Assembly: GCA_038213805.1 (NCBI GenBank)
Contig: JBBQSO010000003.1
Location: 63,648 to 127,647 of the forward strand
Source: Planctomycetota bacterium
GTDB lineage: Bacteria; Planctomycetota; UBA11346
DNA: 64,000 nucleotides
Direction: 5' to 3'
Shown here piece by piece: positions 28,832 to 37,818 of this stretch (position 1 is the first letter of the stretch; the number at the start of each line of letters is the position of its first letter). Below the pieces are notes generated by a model. That model made no database searches. It was given only the letters and a program-made list of their open reading frames with translations, and was not told the DNA's origin. The translations under genes and the position numbers were made by a program.

Positions 28832-29025
28832 ACAGCGGAACTGCTCCACGATCTCATGCGAGATCACGAGATTTTAGATGAAGCGGAAGTCGCTGCCCTG
28901 GGCTCTCATGGAAGCACGCTTGCAGTGCTAGGGACGATGTCTGCGAAGAGTTAAGGAGGTGGGCAAGGCTCACGACATGATTCAACGTCGTCCGCCAGCC
29001 CCACGCGCTCATGCCCGCGCCGCTC

Positions 29026-29826
29026 TCAGCGCTTGCGCGCCGCGATCTTCGCCGGCGCCGCCTGCGTGCTGCGCGGGATCGGCGACGAACCCGAGTCGTC
29101 ATCATCGTCGCGCACCACGGGATAGGTGGGCCCGACGTAGAGGTCCTCATCGCTGGTCGTGACGTAGCCGGAAGGTGAGTGTACCGGCCCGCGCGCAGGC
29201 GTGGGGTCGGCAGGTGCTACCAGCTCGTCCGCGACCTCGGCGGTGGCGGCCTGGGCGCCGGCGGCCGCGGTGATCGGCGCGGTGGTCTTGTGCGCAGGCC
29301 GGTTGTCGAGGCGGCGCTGATTAAGGCGGTGGATGGTGAGATTGACCTGCACCACCGTCTGTTCGGGCATCAGCTCGGCGAAGCGGCGGCGCAGCAGGCG
29401 CTGGCAGAAGCGGTTGCGCTCGGTGACGTTGGCGACCTCCCAGAGCGTGACGATGGCCTCGATCACGATCGAGCGCTTCACGCGATCTTCGAAGACGCGC
29501 ACGGTGGCCTTCTTGACCTCGGACTCGCCCTCGATGGCGCGCGTCAGGGCCTCCTCGATGGCGATCAGGCTGACCGAGATCTTGCCGTTCTCCGTGGTAT
29601 AGCTGATGTCGCGCGCGCGGCGGAAGACATGCCACCAGCGCAACAGCACGGCCAGCGGGCAGAGCAGGAAGACTAGCGCCAGCCCGGCCATCACCATGTT
29701 GCCGTTGGGGGTGCGCAGGAAATCGAGGATCTGCACGTTGATCATCGGCTCGGTGCAGGCCGCGAGCAGCCCGGCGCCGACCAGGAAGGCCGTGATGTAG
29801 AGCAGCGCGTTGAAGACTGCACTCAT
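29026..29826 (-). CDS. Membrane protein, AmaP (alkaline shock response membrane anchor)/Asp23-like
   Basis: Two N-terminal TM helices, then TTENGKISVSLIAIEEAL...EVKKATVRV, which resembles AmaP; disordered tail. Confidence 0.65.
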   Translation of the reverse strand: MSAVFNALLYITAFLVGAGLLAACTEPMINVQILDFLRTPNGNMVMAGLALVFLLCPLAVLLRWWHVFRRARDISYTTENGKISVSLIAIEEALTRAIEGESEVKKATVRVFEDRVKRSIVIEAIVTLWEVANVTERNRFCQRLLRRRFAELMPEQTVVQVNLTIHRLNQRRLDNRPAHKTTAPITAAAGAQAATAEVADELVAPADPTPARGPVHSPSGYVTTSDEDLYVGPTYPVVRDDDDDSGSSPIPRSTQAAPAKIAARKR

Positions 29827-30049
29827 GTGGGCACTATGGTCCGCGGCCCGGAGGGCGCAACCGCGGGTGAAGGCCGGAACGTCCGGGGTCCGGCATCCGC
29901 AGTCTTGCGCACCCGGTGTGATGATGCCGACTCAGGCAGGCGAAACCCAAGAACGCCAACGACATCGGACGTCGGACCGTAAAGCTCGGACACGCCGTGG
30001 TCCCCGCGCCAAGGCTTGCGCCGCGCGCTTCCCGACCACCATGCCGCCC

Positions 30050-31270
30050 ATGACCGACCAGCGCCACGATGCCCGCTACCAGGCGCGCGGAGTCTCCGCC
30101 GGCAAGGCCGAGGTGCACGCCGCGATAGCCCGCCAGGACGGCGGACTATTCCCCGGCGCCTTCTGCAAGATCGTCCCCGACGAGCTGACCGGCGACCCCG
30201 AGCACTGCCTGGTGATGCACGCCGACGGCGCCGGCACCAAGTCTTCGCTCGCCTACCTGGCCTGGAAATCCGGCCTGAGCGACCGCACACCCGAGCAGAT
30301 CTGGGCCGGCATCGCCGAAGACAGCTTGGTGATGAACCTGGACGACTGCGCCTGCGTCGGTGCACTCGGCCCGTTCCTGATCTCCAACACCATCGGCCGC
30401 AACGCCAAACGCATCCCCGGCACGGTGGTCGCGGCGATCGTCGATGGCTACCAGAAGCTCTGCGAGCGGCTCACCGCGCTCGGCATCCCCTGCCGCATGA
30501 CCGGCGGCGAGACCGCCGACGTCGGCGACCTGGTGCGCACCATCATCGTCGACAGCACCGTCACCACGCGCCTGCTGCGCGACCGCGTCATCGACGCCGG
30601 GCGCATGGCCCCCGGCGACGTCATCGTCGGCTTCAGCTCGACCGGCAAGGCCGCCTGGGAGCACGAGCCGACCACCGGCATGGGCTCCAACGGCCTGACC
30701 AGCGCCCGCCACGAGCTGCTCGGCGGCGGCTACCGCGAGCGCTTCCCGGAGACCTACGCCCCCGAGGTCGACGGCGACCTGATCTACTGCGGGCGCTACC
30801 GCCTGGGCGACACCCTGCCCGGCGACGCGCGCTTCACCGTCGGGTCGGCGCTGCTCTCGCCCACGCGCACCTACCTGCCGCTGATCAAGAACCTGCTCGA
30901 GCGCTTGCCGCGCAGCGACATCCACGGCCTGATCCACTGCTCCGGTGGCGGCCAGAGCAAGATCGTGAAATTTGGTGGTCGCAAGCGCAAGCAGGGCAAC
31001 CGCTACGTGAAGGACAACCTCTTCCCGGTTCCGCCGCTGTTCGCGGCACTGAAGGACGCCACCGGCCAGTCGTGGGCCGAGATGTACTCGGTCTACAACA
31101 TGGGCCACCGCCTCGAAGCGGTCGTCCCGCCCTCGTGCGTCGACGCCTGCCTGGCGGCCGCGCGCGATTCGCACATCGACGCACAGGTGGTGGGGCGGGT
31201 CGAGGGCAATGATGAAGCCGGCAACGAGGTGGTGGTGCGGACGGCGCATGGCGAGTTCAAGTATCGCTGA
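30050..31270 (+). CDS. purM: Phosphoribosylformylglycinamidine cyclo-ligase (AIR synthase)
   Basis: RGVSAGK.EVH, HADGAGTKS, GGETADVGD, GSNGLTSARH, HCSGGGQ, YNMGHR. Start set at ATG 30050 (30041 also possible). Confidence 0.92.
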   Translation: MTDQRHDARYQARGVSAGKAEVHAAIARQDGGLFPGAFCKIVPDELTGDPEHCLVMHADGAGTKSSLAYLAWKSGLSDRTPEQIWAGIAEDSLVMNLDDCACVGALGPFLISNTIGRNAKRIPGTVVAAIVDGYQKLCERLTALGIPCRMTGGETADVGDLVRTIIVDSTVTTRLLRDRVIDAGRMAPGDVIVGFSSTGKAAWEHEPTTGMGSNGLTSARHELLGGGYRERFPETYAPEVDGDLIYCGRYRLGDTLPGDARFTVGSALLSPTRTYLPLIKNLLERLPRSDIHGLIHCSGGGQSKIVKFGGRKRKQGNRYVKDNLFPVPPLFAALKDATGQSWAEMYSVYNMGHRLEAVVPPSCVDACLAAARDSHIDAQVVGRVEGNDEAGNEVVVRTAHGEFKYR

Positions 31271-31285
31271 GGGGGCGTACCCGCG

Positions 31286-32581
31286 ATGACCCCAGCGCCG
31301 CCAAACGCCGAGAGCGCGGCTCCTGCCGCTGGCCGCAGGCGCGGTTGGCGGTTCCTGGCGATCTTCAGCGGCGCGGTGTCACTGATGGGCACTGGGCTGT
31401 TCGTCGCGTGGTTCCTCAGCGACGCCGACGTGCAAAGCCTGCGCGCTGAACTCGCCGCAGCGGGCGTGGCCACGACTTGGCCGGAACTGCACTTGGTGGC
31501 GTCCGGACCTGAGGTAATGGAACCCTGGAACCGGCTGGCGCCGCTGCTCAAGCGTCTCAAAAGCTACGAACGGGCGCGCACCAGCATTTACTACACCGCT
31601 TACGCCCTCGCTCCGTTCGTCCCAGTGCCCGACGCAGCTCGTATCCACCATGCTGACCTCGACCAGGAGGCCCTCGCCTCCCTGCGTGACTGCATCGACC
31701 TGCTGGGGGACCGCGGCGTGGTGCTCAGGACCGCAGAGAATCGCCGGACCCTGCGTCCCGAGATCGGGGTGGGGCGCGGCGTCCTGGAGCTGCTCCAAGA
31801 GGACGCGCTGCTCGCCGACTCCGCGCGGGTTGCGGCGTGCTGCCGGCGCATGCTGCGCTTCTGCGCGGTCCAACCGCTCGATGACGGCATTGGCCAGATC
31901 CTAGCGACGACTTACGCGCAGCAGACCTTCAAGACCATCGCTGGGCGGCTGGACGACCTGAAACAGACCGAGCCGGCAATCGCGGACGACATCGCGCACC
32001 TCACGGACCAGCTCCTGGCCCAGTTGCGCCCCGCCATCGCGGCGGCAACGGTTGGCGCCTGGACCACCTGGGCAGATCGCCAGAACGGGTGGATGGGGTA
32101 CCCCATCACCGAGCTCCGCTGGGTCGATCGCGCGCTCACGCCGGTGTTCGTGCGCGCCGGGCGCGCCGCTTACCTGCGCCACTTCAGTAACGCGCTGGCA
32201 ATCGTCGACTCGCATGCGGCACCGCCGGCGATCCTCGCCGCCAACGAAGACCTGATCCGGGAGGAGCGGCGCTCGAAGGACCATAGGCTTTCCCCGGTCG
32301 CGCTCCTCCGCGGGATGGAGCTATTACCGCCGACGATGATCATCACCTCGACCTTCATGAGCGCCATGTACGGGCGCCTGCTGGTCGCGGAATTGCGCGG
32401 CCAACCGTGGCCGGAGGACTGGTGCGACCCGGCGCATGGCCGGCTGCGCGCCCTCGTCAGAGATGGGCGCATGGTGGGCGCCTATTCCGTTGACGTCGAT
32501 GGCACCGACAACGCCGGTAAGAAGCCCAACCACTATTACCCACTTGTGGAGCCGCTGGTTCCGCCTGGAACGAAGCCATGA
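31286..32581 (+). CDS. Membrane-anchored hypothetical protein (paralogue of next gene)
   Basis: N-terminal TM helix; end-to-end similarity to 32578..33864. Confidence 0.8.
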   Translation: MTPAPPNAESAAPAAGRRRGWRFLAIFSGAVSLMGTGLFVAWFLSDADVQSLRAELAAAGVATTWPELHLVASGPEVMEPWNRLAPLLKRLKSYERARTSIYYTAYALAPFVPVPDAARIHHADLDQEALASLRDCIDLLGDRGVVLRTAENRRTLRPEIGVGRGVLELLQEDALLADSARVAACCRRMLRFCAVQPLDDGIGQILATTYAQQTFKTIAGRLDDLKQTEPAIADDIAHLTDQLLAQLRPAIAAATVGAWTTWADRQNGWMGYPITELRWVDRALTPVFVRAGRAAYLRHFSNALAIVDSHAAPPAILAANEDLIREERRSKDHRLSPVALLRGMELLPPTMIITSTFMSAMYGRLLVAELRGQPWPEDWCDPAHGRLRALVRDGRMVGAYSVDVDGTDNAGKKPNHYYPLVEPLVPPGTKP

Positions 32582-33864
32582 GCGGGGGACACGCGGTCAC
32601 GCCCGTCAGCCCCGCGAAATCGCGCCGCCGTGGCGTCCTGATGCTCTGCGTCGTCGTCGTCGCCGGCATCCTCGTCACGACGATCGTCTTCTTCCTGTGG
32701 CTGCGCAGCACCAGCGACCTCGACGGCCTACGCCGCGAGCTGCAGGCGGAGCATGTCCCGACGACCTGGGAGGAGCTCGACCTCCACCTGTCGCCCCCGG
32801 CGACGCTCGCGACCTGGAAGCGGATCGGCGAGCTGTCGAAGCTGCTCAAGCCCTTCGCGATCCAGTATCCCGTCTTCGCCGGTACCACCGCGGCGCTGAC
32901 GCCGTTCTCACCGGTGCCGGATGCGGCGCGCATCCAGCATGCCATGCTCGACCAGGATCGGCTTGAGGAGCTGCGCGCCTGCGTCGATGCGCTCGGCGAC
33001 CAGCGCCTGGAGCTGCGCACCACGAGCGACTTCTTCACCAGCATAGATGAGATCGGCGTCGGCCGGAACGTGGTCAACCTTCTGGCCGATGACGCGCTAC
33101 TCGCCGATCCCACGCGGGTCGCGGCGGACGTCCGGCGCCTGCTGCGCTTCGTCGCTATCCAGCCGTGCGGAACGATGCTCTCGCACCTGATCCGGATCTC
33201 GCTGATCGAGATCGCGTTCTCCACGGTCGCAGGGCGGCTCGAGACCCTCTCGGGCGCTCCGCAGCGCGTCGACGACCTGGTCGAGGAACTCGCCACGCTG
33301 GCGGTCGCGGAGCTGCCGGACATGGAGACCCGGGAGATGCTGAACGCGTGGACCAGCTTCGTACGCGAGCCCAATCTCAAGGACCAGATCACGATCACCG
33401 ACGTCAGGTGGTTGGACGCCCTGCTGCGGCCCGCGCTGCTGCGCGCCGGCCGTGCGGGCTTCTTGCGGCGCGAGGCCGGGCTCATCCACCGCTACGCGCA
33501 ACCCGTGGGTGGCGCCGGTCCTGATGCGTTGATCGCCGACCTCGAGCAGGCGGTCCGTACCAAACGCTTTTCCCTGACCGGCTTCATGGTCGCCCAGATT
33601 GGCAACTACGACGCGATGGTCTGCCAGATGTCCTACGAGTGCCGCCTGCACGGCCTGCTGCTGCTCGCCGAGCTGCGCGGGCAGGCGTGGCCGCGCGACC
33701 CCTTCGACCCCGCACATCCGCAGCTGCGCGCGCTGGTCCGCGCCGGCCGCACGGTGGGGGCATACAGCGTCGGCAGGGACGGCGTGGACCACCTCGGCAA
33801 GCGGCCAGACCACTACTTCCCGCTGCTGGAGCGGTTCGATCCGCTCAAGCCACCACCTCCGTGA
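32578..33864 (+). CDS. Membrane-anchored hypothetical protein (paralogue of previous gene)
   Basis: N-terminal TM helix; ATGA overlap with the previous gene; C-terminal DPF...YSVGRDGVD motif. Confidence 0.8.
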   Translation: MSGGHAVTPVSPAKSRRRGVLMLCVVVVAGILVTTIVFFLWLRSTSDLDGLRRELQAEHVPTTWEELDLHLSPPATLATWKRIGELSKLLKPFAIQYPVFAGTTAALTPFSPVPDAARIQHAMLDQDRLEELRACVDALGDQRLELRTTSDFFTSIDEIGVGRNVVNLLADDALLADPTRVAADVRRLLRFVAIQPCGTMLSHLIRISLIEIAFSTVAGRLETLSGAPQRVDDLVEELATLAVAELPDMETREMLNAWTSFVREPNLKDQITITDVRWLDALLRPALLRAGRAGFLRREAGLIHRYAQPVGGAGPDALIADLEQAVRTKRFSLTGFMVAQIGNYDAMVCQMSYECRLHGLLLLAELRGQAWPRDPFDPAHPQLRALVRAGRTVGAYSVGRDGVDHLGKRPDHYFPLLERFDPLKPPPP

Positions 33865-33957
33865 TCTCTCCTCCCTGTCACATTGCGCGCCTGCTCTTCC
33901 GCTCTCCCCCTCCCCCTTCCCACTCCCCCCGCCCGCCACCTCCGCTACCCTCCCCCC

Positions 33958-35328
33958 ATGCCCAAGCCCGTCGCCCTGATCCTCTGCGTCGGCCTCACCC
34001 AGGCCCACCTCGGCAGCGACACGCCCAATCTCACGGCTTTGGCCAGCCGCGGCTTCGCGACGCCGATGACCGGGGTGGTGCCAGCGGTGACGACCACGGC
34101 GCAGACCTCGCTCCTGACCGGAAAACTGCCGCAGGAGCACGGCATCGTCGCCAACGGTTGGTACTTCCGCGAGCTGGGCGAGATCTGGTTCTGGCGGCAG
34201 AGCCAGCGGCTGGTGCAGGCGCCGAGTATCTGGGAGCTGGCGCGGCGCAGCCGGCCGGACCTGCGCGTGCTCAAGCACTTCTGGTGGTACGCGATGAACA
34301 CCGACGCCAGCGGTACGGTGACGCCGCGGCCAGTCTACCACCACGATGGGCGCAAGAGCCCGGATTTCTACGCCTGGCCGCCAGAGCTGAAGAACGCGCT
34401 GGCCGCGCGCCACGGCGCCTTTCCGCTGTTCAACTTTTGGGGACCGACCGCCGATGTGAAATCGACGCGCTGGATCGCCGAGAGCTTCGCCACCGCCTGG
34501 GACCAGGTGCGGCCGGACCTCGGCCTGTGCTACCTGCCGCACCTCGACTACGACCTGCAGCGCTTCGGCCCGACCGGCGACCACCTCGCGCGCACCCTGC
34601 GCGAGCTGGATGCGGAAGTGGGCAAGGTCATCGCCGCGGCCGAGGCGCGCGGCGCGGTGGTGGTGGTGGTCAGCGAGTACGGCATCGAGAAGGCCGACCA
34701 CGCAGTGCCGATCAACCGCGTGCTGCGCGCCGCCGGGCTGCTGGCGGTGGTCGGCAACGCCGCCGGCGAGCTGCTCGACCCGGGGCCGAGCGCGGCCTTC
34801 GCGGTCTGCGACCACCAGCTCGCCCACGTCTACTGCCGCGACGCCGCGGCGGTCGACCGCGCAGCGAGCCTGGTGCGCGGCCTGCCCGGGGTCGAACGCG
34901 TGCTGGTCGGTTCCGAACGCGCCCAACTCGGCCTCGACCATCCGCGCTCCGGCGAGGTCGTGGCGCTGGCCGCGCCCGGTGCGTGGTTCGCGTACGACTA
35001 CTGGCTTGAGGACGCCAACCGCCCGGACTTCGCGCGCGCGGTCGAGATCCATAAAAAGCCCGGCTACGACCCACGCGAGCTGGTCTTCGACCCGCATGGC
35101 GGCAAATTCCGCGCTGCCCGCGCGCTGGCGAAGAAGATGCTGGGCCTGCGCTATGTGATGGATCCCATCTCGCTGGACACCAGCCTGGTCAAGGGCACCC
35201 ACGGCCGACCCGCCGCGCGACCCGAGGATGGCCCGCTGCTGATCACCTCCGAGAAGGACTGGGCGCGGCCGGCCTGGAGCATGCTCGACCTGGCGCCGCG
35301 GCTGGTGGCGCACCTCACGGGGGCCTGA
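33958..35328 (+). CDS. Alkaline phosphatase superfamily nucleotide pyrophosphatase/phosphodiesterase (EboF-like)
   Basis: PAVTTTAQ, HGIVANGWY, YLPHLDYDLQRFGP, SEYGI, IHKKPGYDP.EL, VKGTHG. Start set at ATG 33958. Confidence 0.88.
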   Translation: MPKPVALILCVGLTQAHLGSDTPNLTALASRGFATPMTGVVPAVTTTAQTSLLTGKLPQEHGIVANGWYFRELGEIWFWRQSQRLVQAPSIWELARRSRPDLRVLKHFWWYAMNTDASGTVTPRPVYHHDGRKSPDFYAWPPELKNALAARHGAFPLFNFWGPTADVKSTRWIAESFATAWDQVRPDLGLCYLPHLDYDLQRFGPTGDHLARTLRELDAEVGKVIAAAEARGAVVVVVSEYGIEKADHAVPINRVLRAAGLLAVVGNAAGELLDPGPSAAFAVCDHQLAHVYCRDAAAVDRAASLVRGLPGVERVLVGSERAQLGLDHPRSGEVVALAAPGAWFAYDYWLEDANRPDFARAVEIHKKPGYDPRELVFDPHGGKFRAARALAKKMLGLRYVMDPISLDTSLVKGTHGRPAARPEDGPLLITSEKDWARPAWSMLDLAPRLVAHLTGA

Positions 35329-35515
35329 AGTCGGACTGCGCGCGGATGCCGGACGTGCGTTCCGTGCATCCGTGGGCCGTGGCCTGCGTTAAGGATTTTA
35401 GAGCGGGCCAGTGGCCCGTGGTCCCAGGGAGGAGGGCATGCCGCATCCGGCGGTGCCGCGTTTGGATGCCTGAACCGACTGTTGCCGGCGAGCCTGGGGC
35501 GGACAGGCTGAGCGT

Positions 35516-36193
35516 ATGAACCTACGCCTGACCCTGCTGCTGCTCGCCGTCGCCGCCGCGCCTGCTTTCGCGGTCGAGACGCTCAAGACCAGGAACGGCC
35601 GCACCCTGGACTACGAGACGCTGATCTGCGACCCCAGCACGCCCAAGACCGCGGTGACGCTGAAGAATGGCTCGACCATCACCGCGCTGAAGCTGTCGGA
35701 GATCGACTTGGCGGCACTGCCCGAGGCCGACCGCACGCGCATCGCGGCCTACACCAAGGAGCAGAAGTCGAAAGCCGTGATCCTGCTCGAGGACGAGTGG
35801 GTCAATCGCGACGAGTACCTGCTGAAATCCGATAAGCGTTTCGCCTATGACAAAAAACTGCACCGCGTCGGGACCAGCCTGCTCGAATTGGTCAACGATG
35901 AGAAAGTGCGCGTGACCATCGGCCTGCGCATCACGATCAAGGCCGACACTTTCGGCACCGAATTCAGCGTCGAATCGGGCAAGAAGAAATCCATCCAGGT
36001 TCCGGACGGCACCTACCTGGCTTACGTGGTGCGCGAAACCGAAAACGATACCGAGCTGTCGGTGACCGAGCACCACCCCGGGGCGCTCAAGAACCTGCAC
36101 CTGACCCTGACCGTCGGCGGCGACTCGAAAGACGCCGTCAAGGGCAAGGACGCGGGCACCATCGCGATCCCACAGGAGATGCGGAGGGAGTGA
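35516..36193 (+). CDS. Secreted hypothetical protein
   Basis: Signal peptide ending APAFA; GC3-rich codons. Confidence 0.78.
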   Translation: MNLRLTLLLLAVAAAPAFAVETLKTRNGRTLDYETLICDPSTPKTAVTLKNGSTITALKLSEIDLAALPEADRTRIAAYTKEQKSKAVILLEDEWVNRDEYLLKSDKRFAYDKKLHRVGTSLLELVNDEKVRVTIGLRITIKADTFGTEFSVESGKKKSIQVPDGTYLAYVVRETENDTELSVTEHHPGALKNLHLTLTVGGDSKDAVKGKDAGTIAIPQEMRRE

Positions 36194-36205
36194 CGTGCAG
36201 AGTCC

Positions 36206-36344
36206 GGCAGTCCGGGGTCCGGAAGTCCGGAAGTCTCGGCGCACGGAGGGCATTCCGGGCTCGACGAACGTCCGGCCCAGGGATTGGCAGACCGCCTTGA
36301 TCCACTGGCCTTCCGACTTCCGGACTTCCGGACCCCGGACTGCC
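36206..36344. repeat. Perfect 30-bp inverted repeat built from CCGGAAGT-type octamers
   Basis: GGCAGTCCGGGGTCCGGAAGTCCGGAAGTC at 36206-36235 and its exact reverse complement at 36315-36344, between convergent genes. Confidence 0.92.
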
Positions 36345-36355
36345 TGACCATCCGA

Positions 36356-37354
36356 TTACAGCATCGCCACTTCCGCGCACTGCACCGCGTTCAGCGCCGC
36401 GCCCTTGAGCAGCTGGTCGCCGACCACCCACACGTCGAGGGTGTTGGGCTGGCTGTGGTCCTTGCGGATGCGGCCGACGAAGACGTTGTCCTGGCCGGCG
36501 ACGTCGGTGGGCATCGCCCAGCGGTTCTTGGCGCGGTCTTCGAGCACGGTCACGCCCGGGGCCTTGCGCAGCAGCTCGTAGGCCTTCTCGACGCTGAGTT
36601 CGCGCACGAATTCGATGTTGAGCGCCTCGGCGTGGGTGCGTAGGACGGGCACGCGCACGCAGGTGCCGGTGATGCGCACGCTGGGATCGTGGAGGATCTT
36701 CACCGACTCCTTGGCCAGTTTCATCTCCTCCTCGCAGTAGCCGTTGTCCATCATCGCCGAATTGTGCGGGAATAGGTTGAAGGCGTAGGGATGCGGCAGG
36801 ACCTGCGGCGTGAAGGGCTTGCCGTCAAGGTAGGCGCGGGTGCTGTCCTTCAGCTCCTCCATCGCGGCGTGCCCGGCGCCCGAGGCGGCCTGGTAGGTGG
36901 CGGCGACGACGCGGCGGATCGGCATCGCCTGATGCAGCGGATTGAGCGCGAGCAAGGCGATGATGGTCGTGCAATTGGGGTTGGCGATCACGCCCTTGTG
37001 ACGCTTGGCGTCCTGCGGGTTGACCTCGGGCACGACCAGGGGCACGCCCTCTTCCATGCGGAAGGCAGAGGAGTTGTCGACCATCAGGCAGCCGGCCTTG
37101 ACGCACGACTCGCGGTATTCGCGCGAGATCTTGGCGCCGGCGCTGAACAGGGCGAGGTGGCAGCCCGCGAAGCTGTCGTGGGTGAGTTCGGTGACGGTGT
37201 ACGGCTTGCCCTTGAAGTCGAGGGTGGTGCCAGCACTGCGCTTGGAGGCGAGCAGGACCAGTTCATCGACGGGGAAGTTGCGGCGCTCGAGCACTTTCAT
37301 GAACTCGACGCCGACAGCACCGGTGGCGCCGACGATGGCGACCTTGAAACCCAT
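36356..37354 (-). CDS. asd: Aspartate-semialdehyde dehydrogenase
   Basis: VGATGAVG, DNSSAFRM, VVPEVN, ANPNCTT, TYQAASGAG, KGAALNAVQ. Start at ATG 37354 after AGGAG. Confidence 0.97.
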   Translation of the reverse strand: MGFKVAIVGATGAVGVEFMKVLERRNFPVDELVLLASKRSAGTTLDFKGKPYTVTELTHDSFAGCHLALFSAGAKISREYRESCVKAGCLMVDNSSAFRMEEGVPLVVPEVNPQDAKRHKGVIANPNCTTIIALLALNPLHQAMPIRRVVAATYQAASGAGHAAMEELKDSTRAYLDGKPFTPQVLPHPYAFNLFPHNSAMMDNGYCEEEMKLAKESVKILHDPSVRITGTCVRVPVLRTHAEALNIEFVRELSVEKAYELLRKAPGVTVLEDRAKNRWAMPTDVAGQDNVFVGRIRKDHSQPNTLDVWVVGDQLLKGAALNAVQCAEVAML

Positions 37355-37605
37355 GGCGATCTCCTGGGCCACGGACGTTCTGGCCGCGGCGGAGGGCGCG
37401 AGTGTGGGGGGTGAGCAGGGGAGACAAGAGGGAAGAAGGTGAGTCACGAGGGCGGCAGGGAAGCAGGGCCGGGGTGAGGCGAGGTGCGCGCGGCGAGGCT
37501 CACTGACATCGTCCGCATTGGTCGCGGTTTCTGCATGCCTCCCCTGCTGCCCGCTTGCCTTCCGCTTCCCCCCTCTTGTCCTGCCTTTATCAACCTGGAG
37601 TTCCG

Positions 37606-37812
37606 ATGTCCGACCGCATCAAGCGCCTGTCCAATTCCGACCGCGAGGACCTCGGCGACCTGCGCATCAAGCTCGAGACCGCCGCGCACAACATCCAGGT
37701 GATGGTCAAGAACCAGGATATCGACGAGATCCGCGTGGCCGTTGGCAACGCCGTCGAGATGACCTCACAGGCCCTGGCCGCGCTCCAACGCGTGCGCGAT
37801 CACCTGGGCTGA
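37606..37812 (+). CDS. Small helical hypothetical protein (68 aa)
   Basis: GGAG RBS at 37597-37600; GC3-rich codons; amphipathic helices. Confidence 0.72.
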   Translation: MSDRIKRLSNSDREDLGDLRIKLETAAHNIQVMVKNQDIDEIRVAVGNAVEMTSQALAALQRVRDHLG

Positions 37813-37818
37813 CGACGC

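Noticed and set aside
28531..28954. Short ORFs as a transposase remnant
   Set aside because: No HUH or DDE motifs; the ORFs are incidental reads through the repeats.
33865..33957. C-rich tract as a functional G-quadruplex on the minus strand
   Set aside because: Runs are present but cannot be distinguished from degenerate short repeats in GC-rich DNA.
33097..35313. 738-aa minus-strand ORF, and similar long ORFs such as 43882..45963, 47012..48994 and 54888..57080
   Set aside because: Stop-poor antisense frames typical of high-GC DNA, overlapping well-supported genes and lacking motifs.
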